Positions 41,978-58,949 of a stretch of DNA of 64,000 bases are shown here, piece by piece. A program made the position numbers and the translations under genes. The stretch lies in the NCBI RefSeq assembly GCF_009914755.1, contig NC_060932.1; one strand, written 5' to 3'. The notes beneath the pieces are model-generated. The model worked only from the letters and a program-made list of their open reading frames with translations, ran no database searches and was not told the DNA's origin. Source of the stretch: the human T2T-CHM13v2.0 reference genome, Homo sapiens. Every line of letters begins with the position of its first letter. The stretch's first letter is position 1.

Positions 41978-42429
41978 ATCCACTTAACCCCATCTGCACC
42001 AAGAAGTTTCCGATTATAATATAGTTATGAATTATTAGTTTGCATATGGTCCAATGAAGTATCTGGTCCACTTGAAAACATTTCTATTTATAAATTAATG
42101 TCTTGGCATTGTGATCTTAATGTATTAGTCTTATGGTAATTTGATTATATGCAGATTTTCTCCCATGGATGAACAACCAAATTTCCAAGCCCACAGAGTT
42201 GAGGAACAGATTCTGAGAAATAGTGATGTCATTATAAGCTAAGGGAGACTATCTGGGGAACCAACCTCCCCCAGATAACCTTGCTGAAAACCTTCTCATT
42301 CAAAATGAAGCTGTTATATCCTAGACTCAAATAAAATGATTGAATGTACATTTGATTTTGAAGAACTCAGCCCAAGGGAATTTGAATCACTTGTTAGTCT
42401 CTCACTCTGTTTGTAAAAATGTATGACTA

Positions 42430-43820
42430 GGAAATCTAGATTCCCTTGGGTATGGTGATGATTTCTGAGGTACAACACTAATGACATGATCCAAGGAAGA
42501 AAAAAAATGATAAGCTGAACTTTATTAAAATAGAAAAATGTCTGCTCTGTGAAAGACATTGTCAAGAGAATCAAAAGATGAGCCAAAGACTGGGAGAAAA
42601 TATTTGCAAAAGACATACCTGGTAGAGGACCTTTATCCAAGATATGCAAAATGCTCTTAAAACTCAAGTATAAGGAAAAAATAGGACAACTATAGTTAAC
42701 AATTATTGTTTATTTCAAAATAACAAAAAGAGTAGAATTGCAATGTTTCTACCATAAAGAAATGATAAATGCTTGAGGTGATGGATAGCCCAGTTGCCCT
42801 GAATTGATCATTACACATTGTATACGTGTACCAAAATATCACATGCGCTCCATAAACATGTATTAATACAACTATTATGTATTCATAATAATTAAAATCT
42901 TTTAAGAAAGCAAACAAAAGAAATAAAATAAACCAATTAAAAATGGGTCAAAGATCTTAACACCACACTAAATAAAATATACAGATGGCAAATAAGCATA
43001 TGAAAAGACGCTTCATATCATATGTCATCAAGGAAATGCAAATTAAAATAATACTGAGATACCACTACACACCTATTAGAATGGCCAAAGTCCAGAACAC
43101 TGACACTACCAAATGCTGACAAGGATGTGTGACAACAGGAACTCTCATTCATTGCTAATGGAAATGCAAAATGGTACAGCCACTTTGGGGGACAGTTTGG
43201 TGTTTTTTTAAAAACAAAAACAAAAACAAAAAAAAACTAAACATATACTTACCACATGACCCAGCAATCACACTCCTTGGTATTTATCCAAATGAATTCT
43301 CACAGAAACCTACCTACTGATATTTAAAGCAGCTATATTTATAATTATCAAAATTTGGAAGCAACCAAGATATCCTTCAGTAGATAAATGGATAAATAAA
43401 CTGTAATACAGCCAAACAATGGAATATTACTCAGCACTAATAAAAGAGCTCTCGAGCCATGAAAAGATAGGGAGGAAACTTAAATTCATATTGCTAAATT
43501 AAAGAAGCCAATCTGAAAAGACTACCTACTGTATGATTGAAACTATATGACATTTGAAAAAGGTAAAACTATGGATACAACAAAAAAATCCATTGTTACC
43601 AGGGTTTCAAAGGAGAGAGAGATAAACAGGTAGAGCATGGATAATTTTTAGGGTAGTGAAAATACTCTGTATGATACTACAATGTTGGATACACATCACT
43701 ATACATTCTTCCAAACCCATAGATGTTCAAGAGCAAGAGTGAATCCTAATGTAAACTATGGACTTTGCATTATTATGATGTGTTAGTATAAGTTTATCAA
43801 GTGTAACAAATGTAACATTC
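42430..43820 (+). mobile_element. L1MC1-like 3' region with a nested L1MA 3' end at ~42690-42915
   Basis: ORF2 end (ggaaatgcaaattaaa...gagataccactacacacctattagaatggc) and L1MC-type UTR (gtgaatcctaatgtaaactatggactttg); nested piece has tgaggtgatggatagccc...caaaatatcacatg. Confidence 0.8.
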
Positions 43821-44034
43821 TTATCTCCCCCTAAATGTTCAGCCTCTTTAGTAGAAGAGCCATGCCTCACTTAGTTTTTGTTTTGTAGGACCTAGAGCAG
43901 AGCACTCAATAAATGTTTTTTAGTTCATTTATCAAATAGTTATTCCATTGATTAATCAAGCAAAAGAAAACTGTTCACCTATTTCAGAGTGTTAGTCTCA
44001 GCCATTTGTTTTATACATTTCAAAGAAATGTTAC

Positions 44035-44720
44035 TTACCATATGGTCCAGCAATCTCATTACTAGGTATATAGGCAAAGGATGCGAAATCAGTATGTCAA
44101 AGAGATATCTGCACTTACATATTTAATATGGCACTATTTACAATAGCTAAGATATGATCTATCAATGGATGAATGGATGGAGAAAATGAGGTATATATAC
44201 ATGATGGAATACAATTCAGCCTTTAAAAAGAAGGAAATCCTGCTATTTGGGATAACATGGATGAACCTGGAGGACATTATGTTAAGTGAAATAAGCCAGG
44301 CACAAAAAGACAAATTTGCATAGTGTCACTGATATGTGGAACCTAAAAAAGTTGATCTCATAGGAGCAGAGAAAAGAATGGTGGTTACCAACAGCTGGGA
44401 CAGAGGGGGTGGGGGTGGAGTTTGAGGAGATATTGTTCAAAGGATACAAATTTTTTATTAGACAGGAGGAGTAAGTTCAAGAGATCTATTGTACAACATG
44501 GTGACTATAATTAATAATATACTGTATTCTTAAAAATGCTAAGAGAGTAGATTATATGTGTTCTATTACAAAATCACGAGATATGTGAAGTAATACATGT
44601 GTTAATTCTCCTGATTTAGCCATTCCACAAGGTATAGTTGTTTTAAAACATCATGTAGTACATGGTAATTATGTAAAATTTTATCTGTGATTTTTAAAAA
44701 AATAAAATAAAACATTTTTA
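44035..44720 (+). mobile_element. L1MA (L1MA4/5-like), 5'-truncated
   Basis: 3'UTR ttagacaggaggagtaagttcaagagatctattgtacaacatggtgac; TSD AAAGAAATGTTAC at 44022-44034 and 44721-44733. Confidence 0.88.
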
Positions 44721-45414
44721 AAAGAAATGTTACATTACAACCTCTAATTGCTTCCACTTTTACATTTAGCTAATTTCACAAGCTGCACGCCATGTTTCAA
44801 ATTGGTTTTCTTCTAGCAAATTGTGCATGTGTATATTCTCTCAGATATGACCTTCCAGGTTTTAGAGTCCACTATGTCAAGAAGTAAGACATATTAAGGA
44901 ATCTGATCTTGGTAAAAATTTCCAGAGTCTACCTACTTGTCTTTTCTAAATTTGTTTAATCAGATGGAATAAATTAGAGAAAAATACTGGTCGTTTTGTG
45001 AATTTTTAACAATTCCTTTGTCTTTTTTGCAGTATTTCAATTACATAAGTAGTAAAATTTGTGTTTATATGTTAAGTTGCCTGAAACTGTGGAAAATAGA
45101 CCTATTTTTATTTATATTAAGAGTTTTTGAGATTTCTTGTTTCAATTTTCATTTATATTCCTGTTTAATTTACATGCATAAAATGACTCTTTTCGTCTTG
45201 TCATTTGTTATTTAGGAAGAAGTAAAATTTGTGGGTTTCCAGTATAGTACAGCAGTTAAATTCATATGCAGAGTAACTTACTGAAATGACAAGGTAGATG
45301 TTATTGTATTATAATAAGTTATAATAATTATATGGTAATAATACCTTCAACATCAATGTAGTTTTTAACCTGAAAAATTTTGAAGTTCAACGAAACAACA
45401 GCTTTGGGTAATAG

Positions 45415-45768
<354 letters not shown>

Positions 45769-45784
45769 TAAACCAGGTATTTCT

Positions 45785-47859
<2,075 letters not shown>

Positions 47860-48333
47860 TCAGCATTGTAAGTTTTCCCAGGAGATAGATTTCCTTTAAT
47901 AACTATGATATGTGCCAAAAATACAAACATTTGATATTAGTGTATCTGACATATATCATATCTTATATGTAGTAGATACTAAGTAAATATTTATTGGTTG
48001 CTTGATTTTGCCATTTTGAGGACTGTATTGATATGTTTGGAATATTAAATAAATTAGTGATGATATAGACAACACAAAATATTTATATGTATTAAGGGAA
48101 TTGTTCTGATATGGTTTTTAAAAAAATTTCAAAAACTATTTCATTTTTTGAAATAGTCTTCTGTACTTATGTTTAGTTTTATGAAAAATACTTGCATTCT
48201 GTTGGCTTGAGTTTTGTGGGCTTTATTAACAAGGGATTCTTAGTCCTTTTATGTGCTGTGATTTTGGGAAAATAATTTAACCTTTTCTACTGCATATATT
48301 TCTCACCTATCACATAACTTTTTTCCTGTACAT

Positions 48334-48461
48334 AAGGTGATCGTATAATTTTTGTCCAGATTGAAATAGTTCAGAGAGAATGAAGTATTATTAAAAATTA
48401 TACCAGGACAACTGGCTTAAATTAAACCATCCCAGGCAAATTGGAATGTGGGATCACCCAA
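48334..48461. mobile_element. MER94-like hAT-Blackjack MITE
   Basis: aaggtgatcgtataatttttgtccag...caggacaactggc...cccaggcaaattgg...gatcaccc. Confidence 0.65.
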
Positions 48462-48783
48462 CCATAGCCCCATTTTCATTAAATACCACAAATCTTTATT
48501 GAGTACTGTTATTTCCAAGACATTGTGTTTCAGACCACAGATTTTTAAAAAGGAATACCTTTCCCCTTCACCAGCCATCTTCGCCACCAGCCAGCAGTGT
48601 TCTGCTTTGATGTAGTATTTTATTTGTTTTTCTTTCAACAATACGTTACCTGCTTAAAGTATTTGAAAGCCACTGATGGATTAGAGTGCAGGAATATGGT
48701 CAGTGTCATGAGAGAGATTTAAAATGCTATGATAAACAGAGGTAAAGGAAAGCATGTCTTGTGGAAGGTAGGAGGATGCGGTA

Positions 48784-49106
<323 letters not shown>

Positions 49107-50415
49107 GGATGCACTATTTTAAAAGAGTGCTTTTTAGGATGATCCTTGAGGGATGGTGAGAAGGACTCAAGATGGAAATGTAAGTGGGCAAGCACCCCGG
49201 GGAAATATCTCTGGCCAAGAGTAAGCCTTCTATTCTGTCACCTTGGCTTGGAAAGCACAAGAGAAGGATAAGATGGATTTGGCGTGTTTAGCGTGTGTGG
49301 AGGGGGGAGCTGTAGGAGATAATGCCCTATAACATTATGGAGGGTTGGTGAGCCAATCTGAGGGATATATACATTTATATATTTATATGATTTATTTGTT
49401 ATTAAACAAATGATAGTGCTCAGCCCCTTCGCTTGTCCTGGGTGTCCTATCTGCCTTTATACTGACTAGTGTAATCTCAATCTGGGGTTATCATTCATTT
49501 CCCTCTGCTCTTTTCAGATCTGCTTCCTCGACGCTCCGCTCAATATGCAGGCATCCTGATTTCTACTGACTTGCAATGTGATAGTCACAGACTTTCTCTT
49601 GTCTGCCTCCTTTCTGGGAGGAGTTATCTCTGCCAATCTTACTTAGATACTGGCCTTGCTTTCCTTTCTTTTTCATTTTCTTCTGACTTCTAATTTATCT
49701 TTGTTCTTCCATGAGTATTCCTCTCAACAGTTTTTAGTTGACATTTTATTTCATTTAACACACCTGTAATTAATATGTATGTGCAGACAAACATATTCAT
49801 TTGCCTACAGACAAACACATACATATACCCATACACCAGTGTGAGCATGTTGTTTTTCCTTGTTTTTAAGTAACCTTTATTTTCACATTTTAACTAATCT
49901 GAAATAGAACTCTTTTAACCAATACATACCATTAATGTGGTGATATATCTCATCTTCCTAATCCCCATAAAAACTTCCTATATGATCTGTGGCATTTTAG
50001 AAGTGTGCAAATATTGGTAGTGTGAAATTTCTAGTTTTCAAGCCTGTGAAAGCAAGCGGTGGCTAGTTGAATTATGTGTCACACACTTTGATACACTTCT
50101 GCCGGGTGAGGACCAGCAATATGGTGGTTAGAAGAACCACCTCCAGGGGCACATGGTCTGCTCCTAATGTGTGCGACTTCTGGCAAGTGTGTCAACCTCA
50201 TGTGCTTCATTTCTTTCCTGTAAAATGAAGCTAGGAATGAGAAATTCATAGGTATCAATTGAGGTGGTTTATGTGAGTGTTTAGATCAATGCTTAACACA
50301 TGCTAAGTTATCTTTGTCACCTTTAGTATGTTACCTCTCAATTTAACAATGAAAAATAAATGAAAAAAACAAAAGTGATATAAAATGCTATCTGGCTATA
50401 TTTTATTGGACACAC

Positions 50416-50637
50416 CAGAGGTTCTCAAACTTTCTGGGTTTATCCTTATCTCAGAATTTTGTATGGGGCCCCCAAACTAAAATAAATACCTAACATTTTG
50501 TGTATGAAATAATTAGGTCCAGACAACTGAAAGATAACTTTTGCCTGATGTCCATCTGATATCAATGTGTTTTCTTTGAAAATTTAAAATTCCCCTGATA
50601 CCCTGAGGTGCCTGGGGCACAGTTTGGGAATGACAGA
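50416..50637. mobile_element. hAT-Charlie element (MER119/Charlie7a-like), internally deleted
   Basis: Ends cagaggttctcaaactttct / gcacagtttgggaatgacag; internal gaaaatttaaaat. Confidence 0.55.
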
Positions 50638-53600
50638 GGAACTCATTTGTTCAGCTCTTACTTTCTGACTGCTATTTAACTCATCCAACTTTCAGCAAGT
50701 GCTATGTGTTGCTAATTCATGACTTCCCTGTCTCCAAAACATTTTGATCTCTTTAGATAGTTAGCTCAGAAGGCCCTCAGATGAAAACTTTAAAAAGAAA
50801 GCTAAAACTTCGGGTAAAGTGTTGTTTTGTGTCCAATAGCCTCAGAGAATCTAAAGCAAAATGGGAGGAAAATAAGAGACTAAATTCTCAGTGTGTTCAC
50901 TATATCAGTTACAGTTGCCCTTAAAACCTGGGAATACCTGCTTTTATGGTTCTCTGAGGTTCTTTGGCAGGCGTACCAAGTAGGAGCTACTTGAAGGTCA
51001 CCTGCACAATGATGTGTGTAAAAGGAATGTCTTATGTTTACCATGCCCCCCTCCAGGCTCTGGAAACAGACAGCAATATAACATTAACATTGTCTGCTTA
51101 CTGTCTTTCAGATCCTTTACAAGCTTTTAAGTTACTGTCTACAGGTATTTGGGGTATAAGAAGCTGATTAGGTCTTTGGGATAAGAAGCTATGCCTCATA
51201 CACCTTAAACTCTCAGGCCAATTAACCTCTCAAATAGTATATGTTCCATATTAATGCTTACCAAATTGTGTTAAGACTTCAACGAACTTTCACCAGTCCA
51301 GAATCCTAAATAGGAGGATCTGTGTTTATGAAGATCTGGGGGATAGACAGGGACACAAGCCTTTATATATGAACTGATGTTAAAAAATATTTTTTTTCTA
51401 AAATGCATTGTGGATTTTCCCACATTCTGGAAAGCTGTAGTTATATGTACAGAAGTACCTGGAGTAGACCTTCAGGCTAGGAGACTTTTTTTAAAAAAAA
51501 TTGAACTAGTATTCATAGTAAATTTTTCTAAAATGCATTATAAATTATTATACATTCTTAAATGCTACAGCTACAGCTATATGGGTAGCTAACTGGTGGG
51601 GACCTTTTGGGTTAAGCAATGTTGCAACTATATTACAATTTAGAGAAAAGCTATTTTAGCCTGCAGAACCATATAGCTTGACATGCAGATGTTAGCATGC
51701 TGCCTCTGTCGGGTTCCAGTATGCATTTGTCATATACCTGTATTCCCTGCAGGTGTCTTCTCATTCCTCCTTGTTTTCCTTTGAGTGTCCTCCTTTTATC
51801 TCTTACCTTTTCCCTTCTTAACTCATTTTACACACTTTGTTACCACCATAGCCAAGACCATGGTCTATGGACCATCTGAAACCAGACGGGCCTGGGAGCC
51901 TATTTAAAATGTACTCCCACCAAATCAGAACCTCTGAGGATGGGCCCCAGGAATAAGCAGTGTTAATTAACTTCCCGTTTGATTCTTTCATGCTTATATT
52001 AACTAACAATGTTGGGCCACACTGAATTCTCCATTTGAAAAAAATACGTTTTTTGCTCTTTTGGGACTCTCTACACATGAATGTGTTTCTCTCCCTTCCT
52101 GAGATTTCACTATCTTCCCAAGCCATGCTTATGTCTTCTGGGGGCTTAGGATCGGCTAATTGAATATCAAGGTTATACTTGTTTACATTCTACATTTATA
52201 TTTATGGTTATTATAAGAGAGGATATTGAAAGAAAAATGGAGCTGGGAATGAAGGCTAATTTAGTATTACATTACCAAAATAGCTCTGTGAAGCAGTGTA
52301 AGCTAAAGGTAAGGACACACTCTTAGAAGGCTGCTTTCTGAACTGGTTATCAAAGTAGCTCTGCAAGTTTACATGGTCTTGACTAATATATTCAACCACC
52401 CTAAGCCTCAGTTATTTCTTTATAAAAAGGAGATGATGATACCTACCTTGCATAGTCATTATGAGATTTATACCAGAAAATGTTTGAAAGAGTTTAAATC
52501 TCTGAAAATTGTAAGCACGTTATTATTACTAAACCCATTTTACAGATGAGTCAACCGAGGACAGAGGAAGTAAGAGAACATGCTGCAGTTCATAGCTCAT
52601 AAACCACAGGACCAGAAGGCACCTTTCACCCCTACCTGCCCCCTTCTACAGGCTTTTTCTTGCCAGATAATTCATTGCCCTCTAGGAGCTGAGGATTCTG
52701 TAGCATCAAGTTTTTGCAGTATTAAGATTTTAGCTCTTTTTGTTTCAGTTTTTGTAGCATTTGATGAAAACTTAAAGCTGATTATATTGTGTGTGGTCTC
52801 ACTAAAAACAGTGGCTTTTCCCTATTTTTTAAAGAAAAATTTATATTTGACGACCTTTCACCACACACACAGTAGGTGTGCACTGTAAGGAATGAAAGGA
52901 GCCCTGAAAATGATCCCAGTTCCCTTAAAGCCTGAAGACAGGTGTCTGTAAGTCCTAACCCTCCCCAACTCCCATCAGTATCCTGACTTATCCACCTGCA
53001 TCTACAGTATGTAGTTGGCTTATGAATATTGACTGGGACTAAATGAATAAATATTGAATACCTACTATGTGCAACTATATAGTCACTTATAACAGTGCTT
53101 CTCATTTATATATAAACAAATCTTCTGGGAAGTGATCAAAATGTAAAGTCCAGTTCAGTAGGTGTAGAATGGGACCTGAGACTGCACTTCTAACAAGCTG
53201 TTAGATGACAGCAGAGCTGCTGGTCTGTGGACGAGGTGATTCTGGTGCACATTTAAGTTTGAGACACGCTGTGGTGTCCCATTCTGCCTTTTAAATCTCT
53301 GTGTAATACTTTTTGGCATTTCTTCATTGTTCATTTGTTATTTATTACTTACATCCCCCAGTAGAATTTAAGTTATATGAGAGCACAGACGTTTCTACCT
53401 TGATCATCACTGTGTTCCCAGCACCTGGAATAGTGCCAGACACGTGTAGGTACTCACAGTAGGGTAGTGGAGCTGATAGCCGATTTGCCCCTGCACACCA
53501 CTGCTCAGTAATATTTGTGATTCAGTACATGAGTAAATGAATACAGGTATTGGTAATATGCATAGATATATAATAGTTATCTATTATTTAATATACATAG

Positions 53601-54586
53601 ATATATAATATTTATATATTGTTTACATAATCCACATAACATTTTGAGGAATCTATTATCAACCACAGTTTGTAAATATGCAATAATATGTGTCTATTTA
53701 GTATTACGGGCAAATACAATAAAACTTACTGAAATCAGGTAACTATTGAAAGTGTTAGGAATGAAGAGCTAGAGCTTGCACTCATCCTGGAAGAAGACAG
53801 GCAATTCTATAAATAGAGAGAGAAAAGGAGAAGAGGGTATTCCGTGTAGATGGAATGTAGTGGGATAATTTTCTGAGGTTTTATTCTTAAGTTTTATTCC
53901 TCTTGACATCTCCATATTTCTGATCAATTATCCAGTTCCCTAGTTTTCCTGTTGTAGGGAATTTTGAGTGCAAAAAGCAGAAGTTACTAGAAGTTTGTTC
54001 TTTCTACGTTTTGTAAATTCCAAAATTTGCTGAAATTATGCTGTGTATCCTGGGGTAAGATAGAAGAGAGATGGCTTCTTTTGCAGACAGCTAGTGGAAA
54101 GAGAAATTTTCCCAAGACAGCAAAGAATTCGGTCTGAGTGAGAGGATGATAACTTCAAATATTAATCCTTTCTGCACCACAATCCCCTTCAGCAGTTTGA
54201 TGAGGATGTCAAAGGAAGCATTATATTAAAAATTGTTTATAAAATACTTTAGAGATTGGAATAAGTAACTTGTGTGTTTGTTTATTAATTCATAAAATAT
54301 TAATATCTAGCAGCAGATCAAGTAATTAACCTTCATGTAGTGATGAGCACAGATTTTTAACTATAAAATTATATAAAAATCTGCTTTTTATTCACTGTAG
54401 ATTTATAGTTACTACTAATACTATTGTGGTTCATTATCTGCATTTATAATAAAAAATAAATATTAAATTTTCAGTTAGAGGTTAATTAAAAAACGGACAT
54501 TATTATTTTCCTACTCAAGTCCATGGACCCCTGAGGATGGACCCCAGGTTCAGAAGAAGGGCTTGTACATCACTTTGAGGCAGTGC

Positions 54587-55170
54587 ATATCAGTCAGGAT
54601 AGTCTAGGTCAGTGGTTCTCAAAGTCTAATCCCTGGACCAATAATATCAGTATCATCTGGGAACTTATCAGGAATATAAATTCTCAGTTCCAATCCGAGT
54701 GTTACTGAACCAGAAACTCTGGGAGCAGGACCAAGTAATGTATGTTTTCATAAGCTCTCCAGGTGATTCTGATACATGCTCAAGTTTTAGAAGCACTAAG
54801 CTAAATTATACTTTTGTAAACAAACAATTAAAAAAAACAGCCTCAAATCTCAGTAGTGTAAAATACATGGTTTATTTTCCATTTGATCTTCATTTTCATC
54901 ACAGATAGTATGGACTTATTCTGCTCCATGTCTCCTCAATCCAGGAACCTGGTTGACAGAACAGCCATCATCTCCAACATTACTAGTACTATACCAGGAT
55001 AGAAAGAGAGCTGGAGAGTCTCACATTGGTGATTCTTGGTGCAGAAGTGATGCATATCGCTTCTACTAACATCTAATTGGCCAGAGCTAGTCCCATGGTT
55101 CCAGCCAGTAACTACAAGGAGAGGAAGGGCCTGGAAGCCAGGGAGCTAATGATGACTAACACACTATCAA
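54587..55170 (-). mobile_element. MLT1K/L-like LTR interrupted by MER5A
   Basis: tatcagtcaggatag start; cagaagtgatgcatatcgcttctact...ttggccagagctagtcccatgg. Confidence 0.6.
54610..54799. mobile_element. MER5A (hAT-Charlie)
   Basis: cagtggttctcaaagt...catctgggaactt...ctccaggtgattctgatacatgctcaagttttagaagcact. Confidence 0.85.
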
Positions 55171-56231
55171 GATACAGCAAGATCTCAGAGAAGATGGTCT
55201 GCTAATATCCCTAGGGAGACTATTACAGTCGCACTTATGATTCCCTTGCTTGCAGCAGGCACAGAAACAGCAGAATCACAGCCATGAAGGATCAGCTGAG
55301 ACAGTGGGTGAACTAGTGTGGCCCAATGTGTTCCATGCAATCTGTGACGGAGGTAGACCAATGTAAACCAAAGACTGGGAGGGTCAAGGAAGGGGGCACT
55401 TCCTTTTGCTTTAGAGATGCTTAAGATCCTGGGATTTTTGCACCATTCTGGGCACGGGAGGAAAGCACAAAAGTGATTGAGATTGAATTTCCTGCCACAG
55501 GACGCTCAGTGTTAGATTTAAGTTGATTCAGAGAAATGTGATATTTCTGACACACTTCAACACGGGGAGAAAAGTTCATATCCACTAGAGCTGTTATCTG
55601 TGTAAAGTGCACTAGTTCAGCACTTAACATGGGGCAGTTTAGAGGAGGATTTCATAAATGCTTGGAAGATGATAAACTCTTCATATACTTTAACACTAAA
55701 TTGACATATTGACTTAGAAAAGCCTGAGACCTATAATTTTTGTAAATTCATATTGGGGATTCAATTAATGGAGAAATATGAGTCGTTGGTAGTTAGTCAC
55801 TTTTTGTGATTGTGACAGTTAATTCATTTTTATCTATTAGAAAATTTTACAAGCATTCAGCTAGTATTTTTCTGTTATATAATTTTCCCTGCCTGCCTTG
55901 CTTTCATCTCAAAATAAAGAGAAGGTATTAGCCACGTAGTGATGAGAAAGTAGTCATAGTAAAAATTGAAATAATACAGTCTTGGGAAAATGTCTGGCTC
56001 ATGTGGTGAAGGTTTTATTACTTCACACTTTTGGAAATATTTACTGGAGTCTTAGCCACTATGACACCATAAATGTGTATTTGATGAAGATCAAAATCTA
56101 CCTCTGAAGTGCACATTTGTATTGAATGACTCTGATGTTTGTTTCAGTTGCATTGTAATGTGTATTAGATGATTAAACCCCTCTTCCTTGGGGGAAAGGT
56201 TTATGGTAGAAAAATTTATATGGTCACCATA

Positions 56232-56276
56232 TGTGTGTGTGTGTGTGTGTGTGCACACGCATGTGTGTGTGTGTGT
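56232..56276 (+). repeat. Interrupted (TG)n microsatellite; similar imperfect tracts at 15310-15348 and 57081-57151
   Basis: Direct reading. Confidence 0.9.
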
Positions 56277-58302
56277 CTTCATTGCATGTCAGAGAGTGAG
56301 GCCAAACATATGTTTCACCTTCTCACTATGAAATATGGACATTTTAATTTCTGCCCACTTGTGGCCCTGTTTTTTTCCCCATTCTTACCATGTATGTGTA
56401 TTGCTCAGGAAAACTGATTTATGGGATTAATTAATGTACTTTTAACTGGGTTCAAATGTACTGTCTCATCTCTGACTTTTGTATGTTTGACTTTTGTCTT
56501 CTGATTATAATTCCATGCTAGAAATTTGCTTATAGTCGTCCTTAAGCAATAGCCACCAAAAGTTCTTATGGAGACTCCTGGAAATATGCTTCTGTTGTTT
56601 GCTATAAATTACATTTCACAATATTGTAGTAAAATATAATTTTAGGAAAGTGGTACAATTGCATGAACATCAAGTATCTACACTTATTAACACCAAACAT
56701 TTTTCTCAAATGTATTTTTGAGGTTTATTGCCTAGATAATAAATCTATACATGGAGTATTCCTTTAAACATAAATCCCAAAACCATTTTGCTTTGCAAAT
56801 AAATCAATCAAGCGTGTGACTCAGATACAATAAAAATATATGGAGGGAAATATTATATGTGATAAATAGTAAAAATTTTGCTTACTAATGAAGAAATTTC
56901 ATGAGACAATTTGCAGCCCACATATTGTAGTTTTGATCAAAAAGCTTTATACGAAATCCAGAATCCTTTAAATCACAGCATGGACCATAGAAATGTGTTT
57001 TATTTAAGAGACTTTAATTCAAGACTGTTGTTTTAAATCATGATTGCATCTTTATGTTTCATTCAACTCACATGTTAAGCTGTGTGTGTGAGTGTGTGTG
57101 TGAGTGTGGGCGTGTGTGCTTGTAAGTGCATGTGTGTGCATGTGTATGTGTAAATTACATGATGCATCTGGGCACTCATTGCAGTATGTCACTTAAAAAC
57201 TTTAAAAAAATGTTTGGAGTTAATTTTGTTCCAAGATAATTTTATGTGCCATTAGTTCATCTCATCGTCTTATATAACAAGGAACCAACTGATGCAGGTT
57301 TTACCTTTTTAGCTAAAGAATTAGGAGATGTTTAAATGTTATATCCTGTTTTCCTTGACAACTATAATTTTGCTTGGGAGATGATTACCAGAATGACTGC
57401 TAAATTACTATTTTTCTATTGGTCTAATATTTTATTCTTATGAAAAATGTTATTTCTAGTGGTCTTTATTGAAGACCAGTTGATGAGGGTCCTCCTAAGT
57501 CAGGGGAAAGAGTGTATACGTTTCATGTAAAATATCCTTCCTCTTTGTAACCCAAACCTTTGTATAGCTTGGTTTCTCTTTCTTAGTCTATGTTGACAGC
57601 AGTACAAATAGCATAATAGATTCTTCTCTGTATATTTAGAGGGTTTTTTTCCATAAACTTATGTGATACTTTGCTTTTACTGTGTAGGAATGATGAAAAC
57701 ACACAACAGACCCACCACCACCTCCAAAATTGCTGCTGCCATTAATCAACTCAGTGCATGACAGAAATTATGAACAAGTTTCACAATTTTCTCTTTTCTT
57801 CTTTGACTTTTGAATAACTGGTAGAGTTTTATTCTATGTTTCATGTCACGGGAGAAAGGAACCACAAAAATATAACTAATATGAGATAAAGCAATATTTG
57901 GGTTCTGACTCCAGCAATACCCTTGAAGTCAAATAGGAGCATGTGTGGTAGAAAAAAGACGTGTTCTCCCCCTAAAACTCTGACTTGCTTGTCACTGTCT
58001 CAGCAGTGACTTGCAATTGCAAATCATTGCCTGAATAATTAAGCAGCATTTCTGTGGCCTGTGACGCTGAGAAGTGAATGCTAAATATGTAGTCACTGAG
58101 CTTTCATTTGCTTACTGTGCCAAAAGCCAGTGACCCAGGAATCACAAGTGACTACTGTCTAGCTGCTGGCTGTATGCTGTATGGATTTTTGTGCTACAAA
58201 TCATCATCAAGTGTAGACTACTTAAAGGAGCTCCTGTGAAATTACCAAAGAAATAAAATAAGTTAGTATAGTCATCAAGGAGAAATATAGCATATATTAT
58301 AC

Positions 58303-58784
58303 TGAAGGAAGAGAAAGACCCTTTCATATTATTTTATATTGTTTTATACTCAGTACCTGTTTTAAGAAAAAACAACAAGGAAGTAAAACCAAAGACAGGC
58401 AGTCCGGCGCCAGGCCCGAAACCAGGCCTGGGCCTGCCTGGCCTAAACCCAGCAGTTAAAAATCAACTCATGACTTAGAAACCGATGTTATTCATAGATT
58501 CCAGACATCGTATAGAAGAACATTGTGAAACTCCCTGCCCTGTTCTGTTTCTCTCTGACCACTGGTGCATGCAGCCCCTGTCACATACCCCTTGCTTGCT
58601 CAAATCAATCACGACCCTTTCATGTAAAATCTTTAGTGTTGTGAGCCCTTAAAAGGGACAGAAATTGTGCATTCAGGGAGCTCGGATTTTAAGGCAGTAG
58701 CTTGACGATGCTCCCAGCTGAATAAAGCCCTTCCTTCTACAACTTGGTGTCTGAGAGGTTTTGTCTGTGGCTCATCCTGCTACA
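58303..58784 (+). mobile_element. Solo LTR2B (ERV1, HERV-E/Harlequin-related)
   Basis: TG...CA termini, 482 bp, 4-bp TSD ATAC (58299-58302, 58785-58788); diagnostic ggcgccaggcccgaaaccaggcctgggcctgcctggcctaaacccag; AATAAA 58721-58726. Confidence 0.9.
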
Positions 58785-58949
58785 ATACATTGAAGCGTTA
58801 CATCCAAGATGTCAATCTTTTCCCTGTATATTTAAAATCTCTGCAGAGAAACTGTCATTTTAATTATAGCAAGTGCATAATGTTTTCCTTTTAGTTAATG
58901 CAGAGTGAAATATGTGAATGTGCAACAAAATTGCTATATCATCTAAATG

